A stretch of 64,000 nucleotides of DNA from a virus (lineage: Duplodnaviria; Caudoviricetes), in IMG/VR virus record IMGVR_UViG_3300032030_000005, positions 160,001-224,000 of that record. The stretch is one strand, 5' to 3'. Made by a program: the position numbers and the translations under genes. The notes under the pieces are model-generated. The model worked only from the letters and a program-made list of their open reading frames with translations. It searched no databases and had not been told where the DNA came from. Numbering within the stretch: position 1 is the stretch's first letter; each line of letters opens with the position of its first letter. Shown in pieces: positions 21,601-27,794 of this stretch.

Positions 21601-23357
21601 TTGCTAAAACTATAACACTTGATAACGATAAGTACCAATTCTTATCATCTACTGTTAACGGTCAAAAGATTAATAAGTTTGAAGTGTTTATTAATAATAT
21701 GAAAGTACCTAATCAGTTTATTAATATTGTAAACTCTAAAACTATTAATTTAACAGTAAATGATAAAGATTATGCTATTGATATGCATAAAACACATATT
21801 GCTAAATGGAATGAAAATACAAAACAATATGAAATTACTACATTATATAATGATGCTGAAAAAGATAATTACAGATATTTCGATCCGTTATATGAGAATA
21901 TTCTTATTGTATTCCAGAATAAGTTTAATCCTTATAATTACGAAACAGAAATAGCTAATAAGTATTCTAATGATAACTTTGCTTCATTACTTGATAACTT
22001 ATTCTTTAGGTTAGAACAAGTTGATAAAAATAATAATTTAGAATTAACTAATAGCTGTTATGTACCTAAGAATAGTAATCATATTTATGATAACTTTGAC
22101 TGGTTATGTAAGAATAAAGAAACTTCTGAAATAGAAAATAATGATAATACTAAAGTAACAGTATTAAATAATGTAGACAATATTATTAACTGTAATGATG
22201 ATAGTTTATCATTTAATATTTCATTTGATAGTAAACCTATTGAAAATAATTTATTAATTGATAATATCTTATTTGACTGTAATCCAATTGATAGTGTATT
22301 AGATAACAGTATGGTGGCTGGTATATTTAAATTTAATAGTTTTGCTTTAAACGCAGATTATTTTAATTATCTTAATAATACAGGTAACTTATTATTTGAT
22401 ACAGTCTATACACAAAAGGGAGATCATAGAGTTAGAACAATAGTTCTTTATATTGCTAGAACAACTAGAGATAGTGAAGATCCTTTAGTATTTGAAAGAA
22501 CTTACCTTGTTCATCATATAGATCCTTCTGATTATATAAAAGATTATACAAATAAGAATTTAGATCCAGCTATTGAATACAATATGGAAAATGAAACAGT
22601 TACTAAAGAAACTAAACTTGTATTTAAATTAATAGCATATGATGAAGATGGTTTTGCTATCGATACTAGTGAAGAAACAGTATATACTGATGAATCTGGT
22701 GAAATTAAACTTCAGGGTGGATTCACTTATGATGTTGAAGATCAGGTATATGATAATAATAGAGGCACATGTTATTGTCTTGCTAACTTCACAGAACATA
22801 ATACTGGTACTAAATTAATTCTCTTAAAGGAAGTAGATGGAGAATTTATAGAAGCTAATGATATTAATGGTAAGAACCCTATGTCTATTAGATATTATCA
22901 GGAAGATAATAGAAATATTTATCTACCAGCTGGTACTAATACAGATAAGGTTGTAGATCCAGAACATCCATTAACTCCAGAAGATGCTCCAAGAAATATG
23001 GTTGTTTATAATGTATTCCCATTAACACCTGCAGACTTTAGTCTTGATGGTATTAGATGTAAATATATTGCAACAACTGCTAATGATCACATAGTTGCTG
23101 AATCTGAAGTATTTAGTTATGTACCAAAAGTATCTAAAGACTTCATTCTCGGTGATAAAGATCCAGTTAATAGAACATGTACACTTATTATGTATATAGG
23201 TGATGGATCTATTACAGAAATCCCTAAGAGAGTTATGGATCCGGTAGACGAAACAGATACTTTATTCTATAAACCAATAACTATTGAAGCAACGTGCTTT
23301 AACTACACTCCAATAGGAAGTCTTGATATTAAAAACTCAATTATTGATATCGAATAA
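12624..23357 (+). CDS. giant (3577 aa) putative virion baseplate/tail-associated protein with a C-terminal BspA-like LRR fragment
   Basis: Uninterrupted 10.7-kb ORF, AGGAGG SD, N/D/Y/T-rich composition, recurring 'VYIDGLK / INMNGYIL.P.IDYT / VFINNMK' units; C-terminus CTLIMYIG...EIP...ITIEATCF. Confidence 0.7.
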   Translation: MSNKKDGIFSLIDEKNFSYRNYNNETDHYTYKIDKIFNYDSYLFVLFSKLYLENKLIGDSVTRNHLYLITIEKNGREITDTTALEKELFELIDNNKVVDLYAGKYKATIIINNSAFNATISKITSDPAEGNPWARVYRKLKATSDLTEVSFKKINTNLNDTVHIIDDEPITITNEKDEYTYADIDQFITLYHNIPTNNGTIDMYGTNSGRIGINNITSNTITEEERAQLTNINDSNRMLYNYEYYWDSSIESEDYSVDMKFFNQFLYNRDYNDNTLMGDMNTLKIFPYYEKNYFGGLTVDGRTSTNIHNYTYKDKAFITDCLLTTNIDDNYINFKSLNACTSQESKDIPIVFFNPLLMSQSELLEVDSKLIYREDDKIIDNYISTDYKTKTAKYMPYSLYSYSSKYNTSGILQYIDITAEMTNVLTSLEVKNYLQPIKVFYNYYFLYDPTTHKLEQRKLLSKIHFNNEDIKIETDFDWVNASISKITINETTVNIEHSTIEMNYRLAFFTDSFNEILAGNNIFILPRLDPITYNDLLDDKNSQENAMVCYIEEVDMSSVDNSTLPFYTIKQYVYNSADHEWTLDDDIIMMIIPKDSNCNIKMNNLRMNVPTTSSNISGCRVERFKYYDPNEIGVWAELDKQTTDETFFYMNNPLIKKDTKTFINATSVDNVFYNTNNTTSVKYTNNTSVYNIERELNDLYPNVSYDSQLVNFNNFGKDNKYKNTSLPAYLVDIDGEGTFYDGRLLYNNENDNEKKLRNNYNTTFENIVNHYMTVPGRSPFDRFEEVLKELNPLFNINKTYLYLISKGVNCSGIYYNTSGVINTTTDTLESDKYFILDRINISNLKEFSKLANITLENIEDITLKTNYPIYYKFEDITIKTIANYYQSLLELLIRISADDSIELLFTNNEYDMSTTIMNSLTMKTSVKPFESINAAYILSRHYFYDGAVSIKDLITFGIRDNHLIYEGIYNEENKYILRNKFIKSSREIDPQNQSDHDFVEPYYWTDTNMKQVKNNNPFIVDTNRIYSRGYNFNEFESNGVPKLNAYGISEGYFRSQKTASEYFEDNNISCLINVNLADDVIEIYHTKHTITETVDHTLLLNPDIPAIFLDEVKNNASTNSITNQTFMELAFSGYGNSGSSSCKICATLLAQVAVLEQLDKFYLVDRNNKMCVYIVEYTVNGSTSSLRITKLMNEAKVVDIIANTYYGKLDINLTNMSTTITTPTTTVPDLGLRTTYIKDTGKKYITINTSNLSYRKLITQSYNNTTIDKIKAARHISIITPNNEKVYFLDPDKDFIGFVRFEDWGDVADKSNWVNYIKPEDALPYKVAHNKEFYVAGDESIDYMYVNILDESTITQDDIRLSSKNFIEDYLLNRKTYITYYTKVGNDIAYKSINKDIDENFNKYVMAVDSSQLYITTNDNYVDHLIGTSTPSETFYMTCRYGKVYANFDLNSITEDENFKNFFNITGYRYLPYTNFYSTKFIFVDDSNSSRESSKQIAVLKNNGIVTLDAQQFLLDPDTAIFNFKFLHENNDIYKYYTTFEDKLYAVDGHKKTLSNAPKAIYEIAFDENNLLTADINVYMTNEEIDVKYNYIDYLNLLDNNIPFYKINYNYSSNNEDSVPNYVYYAYSVNNTIVIVRTVLSAAPSAGYAEIMAVLKFEDNIILTGTDTFIMAIQDKWTYDLEDKKYRYKTAYSILKYEDIMQNLYENLNSEKSSLYNITTNLTFKNNMLVLKDTLIDDTSIIDENKSDYYNTVNQTVITDNLLEINNVTLYNIHKFAGSTSSKEEYRIFVCSNGRILVSNTIFNNTNETVEMVDFYTINGRVNNIYMETCDVDNNDIMCVASDKNELYIFKNLFKVTNPDYANEYEKYFGGELTKTSLKYKYNFNNEAIDLKNVTPDDERSAYYRETLTPTILNIGSSIDDISVCEQYLNTLNKSLINVTDNKIEFVNSIKYFKLLSNAFISNDINIDNNSINTDGTDDEDTYIKLENVANTLNIENTDKATFLNMRVNINNKNIPENDRYYEFDYQLISTSTPIDPDDYVFNEHNLVKNSVIFEENDIYKNVYVYMPRTLLEKGSFNFMKDENDAIIKRNEKTYLINYKNVLDPSFDNSIVENYANIIKNNTSDLYSIPAKLNYKIIDNYFPNNANTYTVTKLPYKFNTRDYFIANINNGIEDINRLYFRWRYIGDLPINKKTTSSDPSIYDDDEVKETEYDYYVLSYIRKGYDNEEINEKTIIKDVSKMLKGYLSRTFDASYSAYDFMINKLDTSEDFKWAYINIPKKATNCTLFNIIVAKQKYNYEQQIQGDPHFDDFNDTCWFDEILFEESIDYSVFLNINKLKKITIPYEKVKITYDEYIDFLEYMENSIIFTTSNYNYKIEFAYQPNIDYTNKNNNPINLIATENINNDKDTLMSNVFNKMIFIPKHDFYFQYSNLAEGSEYESSLIPIKVYGAYNNKTTDYCQYFNADYMEWIGGSILGGGYYRPLNIYRDFIKWKYKYNTYDEYDNFIWSLILEEADILNFKLNPNDGSFTLYDTKMSTDVWWYNDNTNENWWDNSIYRNIWINENYMPLKSTTFSEEVNVYTDEMYNNGLSYNTSAIGLLNLSTNLNDITHHGIEKRLLPTVYIDGLKLFNECYYHKDLMNNCQDIYIDPSNVRSYFVDTNEFPFFSRLIGLMNTVNQNQKAYLKAYNKWIEEGSSLSDKPEEPSHTINLKDILSNIEVNTNFGLISEQEKLVAYIEVKDKINETGTVTRIVKSLNNETGAYFVSDYSETNINDDLTIDENNLVEPSENVISNCLNLQFDDQYIKNIINNNDRINIYISYRNDIGGKYARRINPKFVSVNIENQNINLQIRGLYTYEHLSTIYIVTGDINNHNMFFRNIDSEIEYIDLVELGSMSDGTLFKWLSYDTIVSSKDVEINMNGYILYPEIDYTIINSEDNANNTNLIMFRNKVPSNGNISVEINLRPDSQSKLVYKTSQAKSMCINYVNNSYKKVPIAKTITLDNDKYQFLSSTVNGQKINKFEVFINNMKVPNQFINIVNSKTINLTVNDKDYAIDMHKTHIAKWNENTKQYEITTLYNDAEKDNYRYFDPLYENILIVFQNKFNPYNYETEIANKYSNDNFASLLDNLFFRLEQVDKNNNLELTNSCYVPKNSNHIYDNFDWLCKNKETSEIENNDNTKVTVLNNVDNIINCNDDSLSFNISFDSKPIENNLLIDNILFDCNPIDSVLDNSMVAGIFKFNSFALNADYFNYLNNTGNLLFDTVYTQKGDHRVRTIVLYIARTTRDSEDPLVFERTYLVHHIDPSDYIKDYTNKNLDPAIEYNMENETVTKETKLVFKLIAYDEDGFAIDTSEETVYTDESGEIKLQGGFTYDVEDQVYDNNRGTCYCLANFTEHNTGTKLILLKEVDGEFIEANDINGKNPMSIRYYQEDNRNIYLPAGTNTDKVVDPEHPLTPEDAPRNMVVYNVFPLTPADFSLDGIRCKYIATTANDHIVAESEVFSYVPKVSKDFILGDKDPVNRTCTLIMYIGDGSITEIPKRVMDPVDETDTLFYKPITIEATCFNYTPIGSLDIKNSIIDIE

Positions 23358-23366
23358 AAAAAAAAG

Positions 23367-23393
23367 ACCCTTAAGGCAATAAGCCTTAAGGGT
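23367..23393. terminator. bidirectional CCCTTAAG-family hairpin
   Basis: ACCCTTAAGGC/GCCTTAAGGGT between convergent genes, overlaps stop of 23386..24048. Confidence 0.8.
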
Positions 23394-24048
23394 TATTATT
23401 TTTAAGTTGTTCTAATTCTTCTAGAGTATCATATCTTATTACTGTACATGATGGTGGGAATACTCTATCTTCTATTATAGTAGAATTAGGCACATATGCA
23501 GTTTGAACGCTACTTTCAAAGAAGGATTCAGATTTTAAGATTTGTACCTGTAATGGAATAGTTATTGTAGTTATAGGAGTATGAGCGAAAGCTCCTAAGA
23601 GTTCAGGATGATCTGTATGAGTCTTTAAAACTGTTCCATCATTTCTATAGTTCTCTTCTATATTAAATACATTCCAAGGAAATTCTTTCTTAAAGTATGC
23701 TAAGTCTTCCATATATATGATAGATAATTCATTATCCCTATCAGTAAATTCTTCTAATTTCCAAATATTAAGAGGGAACTTATGTTTAAACTTAGCTAAA
23801 TCTTTTTCTTCAAATATCATTAAACCAGAATCTTCATCAAATTTCCAAGTATTTAATGGAAATTCTTTCTTTAATAATACTACATTTGGCATATAATATT
23901 CTTGTAAATTAGAATCTTCTAATTTCCATGTATTTATAGGAAACTCTTCTTTAAATAATACTATATCTTCTGCTTCAATATTTCTTAAATCTTTATTTCC
24001 TTGACCATCATCATAAATATACCATACTTCACCAGCCATGATAGTCAC
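23386..24048 (-). CDS. repeat protein with BspA-type leucine-rich repeat C-terminus
   Basis: Four FK(K/E)EFP(L/I)N(T/I)WK-type repeats, then GAFAHTPITTITIP..V..L...SF. Confidence 0.7.
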   Translation of the reverse strand: MTIMAGEVWYIYDDGQGNKDLRNIEAEDIVLFKEEFPINTWKLEDSNLQEYYMPNVVLLKKEFPLNTWKFDEDSGLMIFEEKDLAKFKHKFPLNIWKLEEFTDRDNELSIIYMEDLAYFKKEFPWNVFNIEENYRNDGTVLKTHTDHPELLGAFAHTPITTITIPLQVQILKSESFFESSVQTAYVPNSTIIEDRVFPPSCTVIRYDTLEELEQLKNNNP

Positions 24049-24053
24049 CTCTT

Positions 24054-25205
24054 TTATCCTTCATCTTCATACATAATTGGGAATCCCATTTGTATTAACC
24101 AGTCTTTGTCTACTAATTGAGCATCTGTAGGAAATTTTATATTTGAATTCCATGATAAATTACTATCCAATAATAAATTTGTGTTAATTAAATTTGTATT
24201 AGTCCAATTACCTTGAACGTTATATACACTATTATCATATGGATGAAGAGTCGTAAATCCAGTATATACTGAAGCAGCAGGTGTTTTTGCTTTAATTTTA
24301 AATACATTATTTGAAAATAAGCCTAAAATTGTTGTACCACCTGCTGAACCTGTATCACCAGTCATATACATATCTAATGATAAATAATTATCATTATATA
24401 AATATATATTAAATTTATTATTTTCTATAGTATAACCTGTAAAACCACCACTAGAAGTACCTCTAAATAACAGATATTTTTTATTTTGAATATCCATAGT
24501 AAGTTTAAAATTATTATTAGTAATTTTAACATTATTATTCCTAATTTCAGCAATATATTTTGTACTATTTATTGGAGTAACAACTCTTATATTAAAACTA
24601 TTATTTAATATATACGCTGGATAATTATTCCCAGTATATATTAATTGTTGGTCGTGTTTATTAATTACTATTGAAATTTTACAATTTTTAAGAATAGCCG
24701 GTTTACCTGATCCACCATCCATTTTAATTATTGCACCCGATTCAGTTGATTGCCCATTATTAAAATAAGCATTTACTATATTTAAATTAGAAATTGAACT
24801 GCCTATTGAATTTTGAGTCACTGTCAAAAAAGGATTATTACCAACATTTGTAATATAGAAATTTTTAATAGTGCAATCATTTCCATCAATAATATCTCCA
24901 TTTGATGTAAATACATGTGTTGCTCCTTCTGGCATAACTTTATTCATATCTATAGTCTTTTTCTTTCTAGATATATCTTCTGTTGTATCACCAGTTTTAA
25001 CAGATTCTTGTTCCCAGCTAGCTATTTCATTTGCAAATTTTATATATAAATTTTTAGTACTAAGATGTGTTAAATAATCAAATAATTCATAGCTATCAGG
25101 TCTAAATGGATTAACTTCAGTACCATCACCGGCAACAGCGTAATATTCCATTGCAATAGGATTCCAACCGTATAATACTCCTTCTTCGATTTTAGGATCT
25201 GGCAT
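24054..25205 (-). CDS. putative beta-helix tail/receptor-binding protein, paralog 1
   Basis: Likely start ATG 25205 after GAAAGGA; repeated I.N..F.I beta-helix-like pattern; paralogous to 25298..26539. Confidence 0.6.
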   Translation of the reverse strand: MPDPKIEEGVLYGWNPIAMEYYAVAGDGTEVNPFRPDSYELFDYLTHLSTKNLYIKFANEIASWEQESVKTGDTTEDISRKKKTIDMNKVMPEGATHVFTSNGDIIDGNDCTIKNFYITNVGNNPFLTVTQNSIGSSISNLNIVNAYFNNGQSTESGAIIKMDGGSGKPAILKNCKISIVINKHDQQLIYTGNNYPAYILNNSFNIRVVTPINSTKYIAEIRNNNVKITNNNFKLTMDIQNKKYLLFRGTSSGGFTGYTIENNKFNIYLYNDNYLSLDMYMTGDTGSAGGTTILGLFSNNVFKIKAKTPAASVYTGFTTLHPYDNSVYNVQGNWTNTNLINTNLLLDSNLSWNSNIKFPTDAQLVDKDWLIQMGFPIMYEDEG

Positions 25206-25297
25206 ATTAATCATTCCTTTCATTAATTATTTAATAAAACGTATTATTATAATAAAAAGTTTTATTTAATATTTATATAGAAAGTGAGGTTTTAATT

Positions 25298-26539
25298 ATG
25301 GCATATTGTCACGGAAGCAATATATCACCTCAAAATCCAATTATTCTTGAATGTTGGCAGGATTTATTAGATTATTGGATTAAATCAACAGCTACAAAAG
25401 TTCATGATGTAGATAATGATGTTGATGTTAATTTAGTATATTATGTAGATCCTTATAATGGAGGAGATATAAATTCTGTAAATACATTTTTTAAATTTGC
25501 AGATGAAGTACCTGTTGATGAAAGAGAAACTATAAAATCTGGGGATAGTGCAGAAGTTATAGCTCAAAAAAAGAAAACTATAGATATGAACAAAGTAGCT
25601 CCTAGGGGCATTGATACCAGTTTATTAAAAAATAGTTATATTGATCTATTTGAATGTAAAGATGTTGATGTACTTTTAGGATTTTGTTTAGATAGAAACC
25701 ATTTTGGTACTTATCGTGGATTTATATCTTTTGATGGTAATGGTTTAATTATTAAAAATTTATATTTAGTTAAAAATACTACAAAACAAGTAATCTTTTC
25801 AACGCTTATGTCTAATAATATTGCATCATACGTACCAGCTGATAAAATTTATGCAAAAAATTTTAGTTTTTTAAATTGTTATATAAATTATCCGGGAACT
25901 TCAGAAACTCATTTATTTATGTTTAGAGGTTCTAAAGATGCAAATAATGAGCTTGTTGCATTAGAAAATTGTAAATTTAGTGTAATTGTGAATAATGGTT
26001 ATACCAATATGACAATTTTTCCACATGATCCAAATAATATTGAAAATTTAACTAATAGAGGTATTTATAATTCAAGTTTTAATATAAGATTAATAAATGG
26101 AATTAACTGTATAAGTACAATGAGATATCAATCTCCATATACAGCACCTATGTGTAACTGTAATATAAAAGTTTATACACCATCAGTAAGTAGATTATTT
26201 GATGGAAGTGCTTCAGATAGTTCAGCAGCTTTTTTAAATTGTAAATTTTTAGTCAAAGCAACTAATTTAAAAAATTTATATGGTGCTATGGATACAAAAT
26301 TTGCAAATTGTGTAATTGATGTTACCGATTGTCCTAATTTACAAGATTGGAATCCTGATACATTAACGGCTAGTGCTTCTAGTTCGACATTAATAGTATC
26401 TTATAGAGAATATAAATTAAATACTAATTTATATAATATAACAAGAAGCATTATAAAAAATGGTAAAGATGGTAAAACACCAGAAGAATATTTAATTGAA
26501 GTTTGTCATTTCCCTTTATTATGGGAAGATAATGGTTAA
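25298..26539 (+). CDS. putative beta-helix tail/receptor-binding protein, paralog 2
   Basis: Shares KFA.E....E.E..K.GD..E.I..KKKTIDMNKV.P.G, DGN...IKN.Y, L.NCK.S and C-terminal FP...ED.G with paralog 1. Confidence 0.6.
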   Translation: MAYCHGSNISPQNPIILECWQDLLDYWIKSTATKVHDVDNDVDVNLVYYVDPYNGGDINSVNTFFKFADEVPVDERETIKSGDSAEVIAQKKKTIDMNKVAPRGIDTSLLKNSYIDLFECKDVDVLLGFCLDRNHFGTYRGFISFDGNGLIIKNLYLVKNTTKQVIFSTLMSNNIASYVPADKIYAKNFSFLNCYINYPGTSETHLFMFRGSKDANNELVALENCKFSVIVNNGYTNMTIFPHDPNNIENLTNRGIYNSSFNIRLINGINCISTMRYQSPYTAPMCNCNIKVYTPSVSRLFDGSASDSSAAFLNCKFLVKATNLKNLYGAMDTKFANCVIDVTDCPNLQDWNPDTLTASASSSTLIVSYREYKLNTNLYNITRSIIKNGKDGKTPEEYLIEVCHFPLLWEDNG

Positions 26540-26547
26540 AAATAATA

Positions 26548-26577
26548 ATCCCTTAAGAGTATATACTCTTAAGGGAT
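26548..26577. terminator. bidirectional CCCTTAAG-family hairpin (perfect 30-bp palindrome)
   Basis: ATCCCTTAAGAGTATATACTCTTAAGGGAT between convergent genes. Confidence 0.8.
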
Positions 26578-26584
26578 ATTTTAA

Positions 26585-27532
26585 TTATGAAAGAACTGCG
26601 TCCTTAAAACCAATAAATACTTCGTTTGATTCCTTCATCTTTTCATCAAAAGGAGCTTCATTAATTGGTCCATAATTCCATGGAAGGTCAATATTTTCAA
26701 TAGAATCCTTACCAACATAAGCCTTGTTTTCTTCTTCATCAACGAAGATTACTGAAGCTGTATCATAGTAATGTGTTTCAAACTTTTCATCTTCCATGCT
26801 CTTATATGTAACCTTAACAAGTCTTGTACATCTTCTATTAATATAAATATCTTCAATATCATATCCATCTAATTCGAGGAATGTCTTAAGCTTATATTCC
26901 TTATTAAGTGTCTTAACATTAACCCAATCTTCTGGATAATTATCATCATCTACAATTGGAGAAAGTGTTGCATTATTAACAATTCTAGTCACTGTATTCA
27001 TTACATTTCTAAGTGTTCCCGGTGTATGACCCTGAGCTGATAATACTCTAAGAACCTGAGATACATCTGTAATAAAGATGCTCATTTCATCATAATAAGC
27101 CTTAAGGTCTTCTTCAGGAATATTTTCCTTGTTATATTCAACAAGTCTTCTAAGTTCAAAATCAGCAAAGATTTCATAATCAATTAAATTTCTTTTACCC
27201 GGAAGAATAAACTTAATAAAGTTTTCATACTTTTCCTTATTATCTTTGCTAATTGAATAGTCAAATACCTTAATAATAAAGTCTTCATCAAATTCTCTAG
27301 TCTTCTTAAGTTCTTCAATTAATGTTTCTAATGTTGCTTCATCATCAATCTTATAATCATACTTACCATCAATTGTCTCATATGTCCAAAGACCATTAAA
27401 TCTTTCAAAGAAATAGAAATAATTACTCTTACTTGGCTGTGGAAGAATATATATTGCTGAAATATTCTTCAGAATAGACTTTTTTAATTCTTCATTATAA
27501 ATATTATAACTGTCTTTTGTAATATCAATCAT
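26585..27532 (-). CDS. hypothetical protein
   Basis: 315-aa acidic ORF, AAGGAG SD. Confidence 0.8.
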   Translation of the reverse strand: MIDITKDSYNIYNEELKKSILKNISAIYILPQPSKSNYFYFFERFNGLWTYETIDGKYDYKIDDEATLETLIEELKKTREFDEDFIIKVFDYSISKDNKEKYENFIKFILPGKRNLIDYEIFADFELRRLVEYNKENIPEEDLKAYYDEMSIFITDVSQVLRVLSAQGHTPGTLRNVMNTVTRIVNNATLSPIVDDDNYPEDWVNVKTLNKEYKLKTFLELDGYDIEDIYINRRCTRLVKVTYKSMEDEKFETHYYDTASVIFVDEEENKAYVGKDSIENIDLPWNYGPINEAPFDEKMKESNEVFIGFKDAVLS

Positions 27533-27546
27533 TATTTGTATACTCC

Positions 27547-27780
27547 TTTTAATAAATAATTTAATTATAATTAATATTTTATTTTATAATTTTTTATTAA
27601 ATTTTATTTTTTATTATATTATATTATATTATATAATTTTTTTTTATTAAATTTTATTTTTTTTTTTATTAAATTTATTTATATTTATTAGTTATTTTAT
27701 AAATTTAATTTTTAAAATATTAAGATTTATTATATAAAAATTATAAATTCAACATATAGATATAAATTTTTTAATAAAAA
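27547..27780. repeat. extreme A/T intergenic tract with direct repeats
   Basis: About 230 bp with only a handful of G/C; TTTTTATTAAATTTTATTTTTT at about 27591 and 27641, with a degenerate copy at about 27663; lies between divergent genes. Confidence 0.6.
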
Positions 27781-27794
27781 GGACGTGAATATTA

